This document shows positions 59,320 to 64,000 of a stretch of 64,000 bases of DNA, piece after piece. A model generated the notes under the pieces. It saw nothing but the letters and a program-made list of their open reading frames with translations, searched no databases and was not told where the DNA came from. How positions within the stretch are numbered: position 1 is the stretch's first letter; each line of letters starts with the position of its first letter. The DNA is from the human T2T-CHM13v2.0 reference genome, Homo sapiens: the NCBI RefSeq assembly GCF_009914755.1, contig NC_060947.1; one strand, written 5' to 3'. The position numbers and the translations under genes were made by a program.

Positions 59320-59812
59320 AGCTCTTGGAACAGAATCCAAAGTCCTTAGCATAATACACAGAGCCCCACCTGATCTCCCCACCCCCGGGGGACTCCCTGC
59401 CTTCATCTCCCACTGCCTTCCCCCTTCATGGCTCTGCTCCAGCCATGCTGGCGAACACACACCAGGCCCCTGCCTGCTTCAGGTCTTTGCCTGGAGTGTT
59501 CTTAGAAATCCTCATCACTGTCCCCTCATCTCCTGCATGCCTCTGCTCAAAGATCACTCCATTGGAGGCCTCCTGGCCACTGTAGCTAAAACAGCTGCCC
59601 CTGCCATTCTCTGCGCCCTTTCCTCACACCTGACAATATATCGTTAACCTGAATATTTAATTATTTTTTACCTGCTCCTCCTCCAACTCCCAATGAGACT
59701 GTCTGCACCATGGGGGCAGGGACTGTTTCTGGTTCGCTGGGAGGTCCTGAAGCCTAGCACCATGCCTGGCACAAAGTTGGGGCTCAGTAAGAGCCTAATG
59801 AATGAATGAATT
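59320..59812 (+). mobile_element. L2 3' fragment
   Basis: AATCCAAAGTCCTTAGCAT...; GGGCAGGGACTG...GCCTAGCACCATGCCTGGCACA...(TGAA)n end. Confidence 0.78.
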
Positions 59813-60270
59813 AGATATAGATAGACAGTAGGTGGAGGGGAAGAAGGAGGGTATTTGGAACACAGTAAGATATTTTATTTTCAGCTCTAGGCTATAGAGG
59901 AAATGCTCAACTAAATTCTTAACTTTTCTCTCAGGACTTAAGTTTCAAATGTTATATTTAATACCATAAAATTTATTTTATAAAGATGATTTGGTTTCCT
60001 CTTAGAGGCTAACCTTGTCTAATAAGTTTTTTCTTTCTTTCTTTTTCCCTGATGACAAGTCACACATTTATAGAAGAAAATTTAAATGATGCAGAAAGGA
60101 ATAAAGTAGAAAGTGAAAAGTCTACTAGACTGGAGGTTAGGGATAGCTGTGTCAGCAGGGCTTATCAAAATGTCCCTGTGGATAAAATGGCCACATCAAA
60201 CGGTCCTGCTCTGCTGTTTATGTTCTTTGCCTATTTTTAAAGGAAAATATCTTTGAGTGTTTGTACACTT

Positions 60271-60452
60271 AGAATCCAAAGTCCTTAGCATGATACACAG
60301 AGCCCCATCTGATCTCCCCACCCCTGGTACCTCCCTGATCTCATCTCTCACTGCCCTCCCCTCCCCTTTAATGTACTGTGAGCTTTACAAGTTTCTTTTT
60401 AAAAAAAACTTACAAGTTTCTTTTAACTTGTAAAGCTCACTGTATATTAAAG
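60271..60452. repeat. Composite templated insertion: copy of 59332-59424 plus a 28 bp inverted repeat
   Basis: AGAATCCAAAGTCCTTAGCAT(A/G)ATACACAGAGCCCCA(C/T)CTGATCTCCCCACCCC shared; arms 60366-60393 and 60425-60452 match 26/28. Confidence 0.92.
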
Positions 60453-60484
60453 ACAATAGCCTTTTGTCCATCAAATATGTAATC

Positions 60485-60782
60485 TTTTTTTTTTTTTTTT
60501 TTTGAGACAGTCTTGCTCTGTCGCCCAGGCTGGAGTGCAGTGGTGTGATCTCAGCTCACTGGAACCTCCGCCTCCCGGGTTCAAGTGATTCTCCTTCCCT
60601 TCCTCCCGAGTAGCTGGGATTACAGGTGTGTGCCACCATGCACAGCTAATTTTTGTATTTTTAGTAGAGACGGGGTTTTGCCATGTTGGCCAGACTGGTC
60701 TCGAACTCCTGACCTCAGTTGATCTGCCTGCCTCAGCCTCCCAAAGTGCTAGGATTACAGGCGTGAGCCACCGTGCCCTGCC
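60485..60782 (-). mobile_element. AluS
   Basis: Full dimer, poly(T). Confidence 0.95.
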
Positions 60783-61554
60783 TTTTTTTTTTTCCTCCAA
60801 TTTATTGCTTTTCGTCTAACTTGGTGGTGTTTTCTGCTGTTCAGAAGTGATTTTTCATTGAGTGGTCAGTTTTATTAATCCTTTGCTTTTACTGTCTCTA
60901 CCTTTTGTAGTGTGCTTAGAAAGGTCTTGCTCACCCCAGGGTTATAATAATACTGTTCACCTACATCTTCTTCTGGTACTTGTCATGGTTTGATTTTATT
61001 CTGTCATGTTTAAATTTTAAGGCACGCCCCTTTTTGGTGATAATAGACAGGTATTGAGTGCTTATGATGTGTCAGGCTCTGTTCCAGGTGCCTTATGTGA
61101 ATCAGCTCATTTGAATGCTCAGTAAGTCCAGAGATAGGTCTGGTAGATCCTTGTTTTCACAGGTGAGGAAACTTGAAGACAGGGTGATTGGATACTTATG
61201 CAAGACCACACAGCTAGCGAAACCTGTTCTGTCAAATGCTAAAGGCTACATAGGGTTGTTGTAAGGATTAGAGTTGTTGTACGTAAAGTCTCTGGAATAT
61301 AGTAGGCAGTCTATAGATGGTAGGTTTTATTAATTATTATTACATAGCTCCCATAAGCATAATTTCTGACGGCTGCATATTATTTGGAAAATTGTGTATT
61401 TCAAAGTAAGTACATTTCTAAAATATTATTCCTTTAAAAGCATGTTTAGAATTCCATGGGAACAAACAAAACTTTTATTTGAAGAAACAATTGTCATAAA
61501 AAGAAATCCCAGAAAGATTGCATTAACGTGTGTTTCACTGGGCAATGGGATTTT

Positions 61555-61587
61555 GTGTGTGTGTGTGTGTGTGTGTGTTGTGTGTGT
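61555..61587. repeat. (TG)n microsatellite
   Basis: Interrupted TG run just upstream of the SNURF retrocopy. Confidence 0.9.
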
Positions 61588-61600
61588 TTAAATCTTTGTT

Positions 61601-61935
61601 GGCAGAGCAGAGCGGCTGGCCGCTAGAGGTCTCTGATGCCCGAGGAGCTGTCAGTGGCGTGCTGGAGAGAGCAAGGGATCACTAACACCTGAGACGGACT
61701 ACAGACCAGCACGTGCCAGAGGTGGAAGTCCAAGTTAAACGCAAAAGGACCACCTCCTGAGAACCAAGAATGTCAGTTATACCCGAGGCTTCTCAGCAGC
61801 AGCAAGCACCTGTGGTGAATTTCCAGGCTGAACTGAGACAAGCATTCTTAACTGAGACATCAAGAAGTGGTTAAAGCCGTATTGGAACAGCAAGGAATCT
61901 GATTCCAAGGAAAAACCAGTCAATGTAATAAAGAT
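61601..61935 (+). pseudogene. SNURF: Processed pseudogene of SNURF (SNRPN upstream reading frame)
   Basis: Intronless 5' UTR and CDS 61662-61874: (CTG)ERARDH*HLRRTTDQHVPEVEVQVKRKRTT...SQQQQAPVVNFQAELRQAFLTETSRSG* versus SNURF MERARDRLHLRRTTEQHVPEVEVQVKRRRTAS...QAELRQAFLAETPRGG. ATG>CTG, stop at 61683, three 1-nt deletions, AATAAA 61927-61932. Confidence 0.93.
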
Positions 61936-62329
61936 GTAATCTGTAATTTTTCAATGTGATGTAGATTCATTTAGTCTGTCTTTTTATGTTTGCTGCTTTC
62001 ATTTTTTAGGAAAAGGCTATTACAAGGTTGATTTTGATTTATTACTTTTTTTTTTTCCTTTGGGATTTTTCTTTTTTTCGACTTTAAGATTAGAATGCTC
62101 TCATTTCTGAGGGTTTACTATTTACTTTTTATAAAATAAGAGCAGAGAGGAAGGCGGTTTATTGATAAATTCTCTTCTAGCTTTTCTTTATGTCTTTTTG
62201 CAATATTACCCCTCAACTTGAATTAATTAGGCCAATTTATGCCACCATTTTGAGTTTAAATCCAAGGAGACAAACAGGAAATTTCTGAGAAATTCTCCTT
62301 TGTTGAATCATTTATACCCAACATTTTCA

Positions 62330-62654
62330 GTTTTTTTTGTTTGTTTGTTTGTTTTTTGTTTTTTTTGTTTTGAGACAGGGTCTCACTCAGTCACCCAGGC
62401 TGGAGTACAGTGGCTTGATCTCGACTCACCTCAGCCTCCGCCTCCTGGGTTCAAGTGATTCTCCTGCCTCAGCCTCCCAAGTAGCTGGGATTACAGGTGC
62501 ATGCCACCATGCCTAGCTAATTTTTGTACTTTTAGTAGATATGGAGTTTTGTCATGTTGCCGAGGCTGGTATTGAACTCCTGACCTCAGGTGATCTGCCT
62601 GCCTTGGCCTCCCAAAGTGCTGGGATTACAGGCGTGATCCACTGCACCTGGCCA
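62330..62654 (-). mobile_element. AluS
   Basis: TSD TA(C/T)CCAACATTTTC. Confidence 0.95.
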
Positions 62655-62976
62655 GTATCCAACATTTTCTAGTAATTGCATGGGCTTGGTTGCAAGCAGA
62701 TGGTGGAATCTGATCATTGTCCCAAGCTCTTCCCCAAGAGTAAGACAATTTTTCATTGAATAGGTGGGTACGTTTGATTTTTTTTAACCTAGAAATTCTT
62801 TAGCTTATCAGTTCAGTTCACACATTCTTGTAAATTTCTAAGTATAATATTTAAATCATACATTATGGTCTGCAAGTAGGACCATTTAATTTTCTGATAT
62901 TTAATTATATCCTATTTTATTCTAGTCTCAACTGCTAGTTCTACCTAAACAATACTAGTTTAGGATTTCTTTAGAG

Positions 62977-63163
62977 CAGCGGTTGGTAACATATCTGGCC
63001 TGAAATTTTATTGGAACACAACCATGTTCACTTATTACATGTGATCTGTGGTTGCATTGGTGCTACAGTGGCAACTTTGAGTAGTTGTGACTGATCGAAT
63101 GACAGGTACAGCCTAAAATATTTAATGTCTTGCCATTTAAAAGAAAAAAATGGCTGAACTTTG
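62977..63163. mobile_element. MER58-like hAT MITE
   Basis: CAGCGGTTGGTAAC...GCCTAAAATATTTA...; 8 bp TSD CTTTAGAG/TTTTAGAG. Confidence 0.75.
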
Positions 63164-63517
63164 TTTTAGAGTAGCAGATTTAAAGAAGAAAACACCAGTG
63201 AGGCTACCGATAACGTTATAGAAGGTGATGAATAAAGGATTATAGACGTTTATATGAAGTATACATTACAGGGTAGAGAATCAGATGAATTTTTTGGGTA
63301 AGGGATGACTCGAAGAATCATGTTAAAACTTGCTATATAGGTAGATGGGTAGTTTTTAAAGACATTTAAACAATTGGTACCCTTTTTCATTATGAAAATA
63401 TAAGGCACATGATAGCCAGGAAAAATAGATAAATAAACCATTATGTTATGAATATCAGTTCAATTTTTGTTTGGTACCTAAAAATTTACTAGGATATGCA
63501 TCAAATTGGATACTTAC

Positions 63518-63618
63518 CCAATTGAGATGCAAGGTGTAAATATTAGTAATATTAGCATGACTTTTAAATGTTTTGTTACATTGTTTTCTAAAAGCATCAC
63601 TAGAAATATGGATTGCCA
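63518..63618 (-). other. Candidate 101-nt exon
   Basis: Branch CTAAT, ATTTTTAG acceptor, TGG|GTAAGT donor; two open frames in AT-rich DNA. Confidence 0.35.
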
Positions 63619-63794
63619 CTAAAAATTAATAGACCATTAGTTTCTTAGGACCATTCTTTTTATTCTGTTTTTTTTTTTGTTAAATAAATATTTCCAATAA
63701 AGGAAAAAAGTTGTCTATATTTCAGTTTTCATAAAACAGAATGTTTAAACATTTTTTCTGATCAGAAAAGTAGCCACAAAAACTGCTATATTTT

Positions 63795-64000
63795 TAAAAG
63801 GCTGTGATGAAACAATGCTGCCACTCTGGAAAACAGTTTGGCAGTTCTTTAAACAGTTGAACATAGAATTACCATATGATCCAGCAATTGCTCTCCTAGG
63901 TATATACCCCTAAAAATCGAAAGCAAAGACTCAAACAGATTCTTGTACACCAGTGTTCATAACATGTATAGTAGCCAAAATGTGGAAACAACCCAAATAT
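63795..64000 (+). mobile_element. L1M ORF2 C-terminal fragment (runs off window)
   Basis: CCACTCTGGAAAACAGTTTGGCAGTT...GAATTACCATATGATCCAGCAATT. Confidence 0.88.

Noticed and set aside
61601-61935. Calling this SNURFL, or a CTG-initiated functional SNURF
   Set aside because: Locus identity cannot be established from sequence alone, and there is an in-frame stop at codon 8.
62860-62944. Candidate minus-strand exon (GTTTAG|GTAGAA...AAT|GTATGA)
   Set aside because: Stops in all three frames and weak splice signals.

Overview
Vertebrate genomic DNA from a simian, most likely catarrhine, primate (AluJ/S/Y, THE1, HERV-H, MER11). It is repeat-dominated and has no intact protein-coding gene I can support. 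Main contents: (1) a ~10.7 kb env-less ERV1 provirus with MER51-type LTRs, an Arg PBS and decayed gag-pro-pol (7984-18689), with an internally deleted HERV-H nested in its 5' LTR and an Alu in RT; (2) solo LTRs (MER11, MER52, THE1/MST, others) and a half THE1 element; (3) a ~16 kb block of same-orientation old L1M 3' segments that looks like an ancient tandem array; (4) a TSD-flanked retrocopy in which full-length U6 snRNA is fused to an internal U2 snRNA fragment (Sm site plus stem-loop III), the most unusual item; (5) a processed SNURF pseudogene from the short SNURF-only transcript; (6) several locally templated insertions and fold-back duplications; (7) weak traces of minus-strand exons. 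Repeat family names come from recalled consensus sequences, not a database search, and mismatch counts are by hand.
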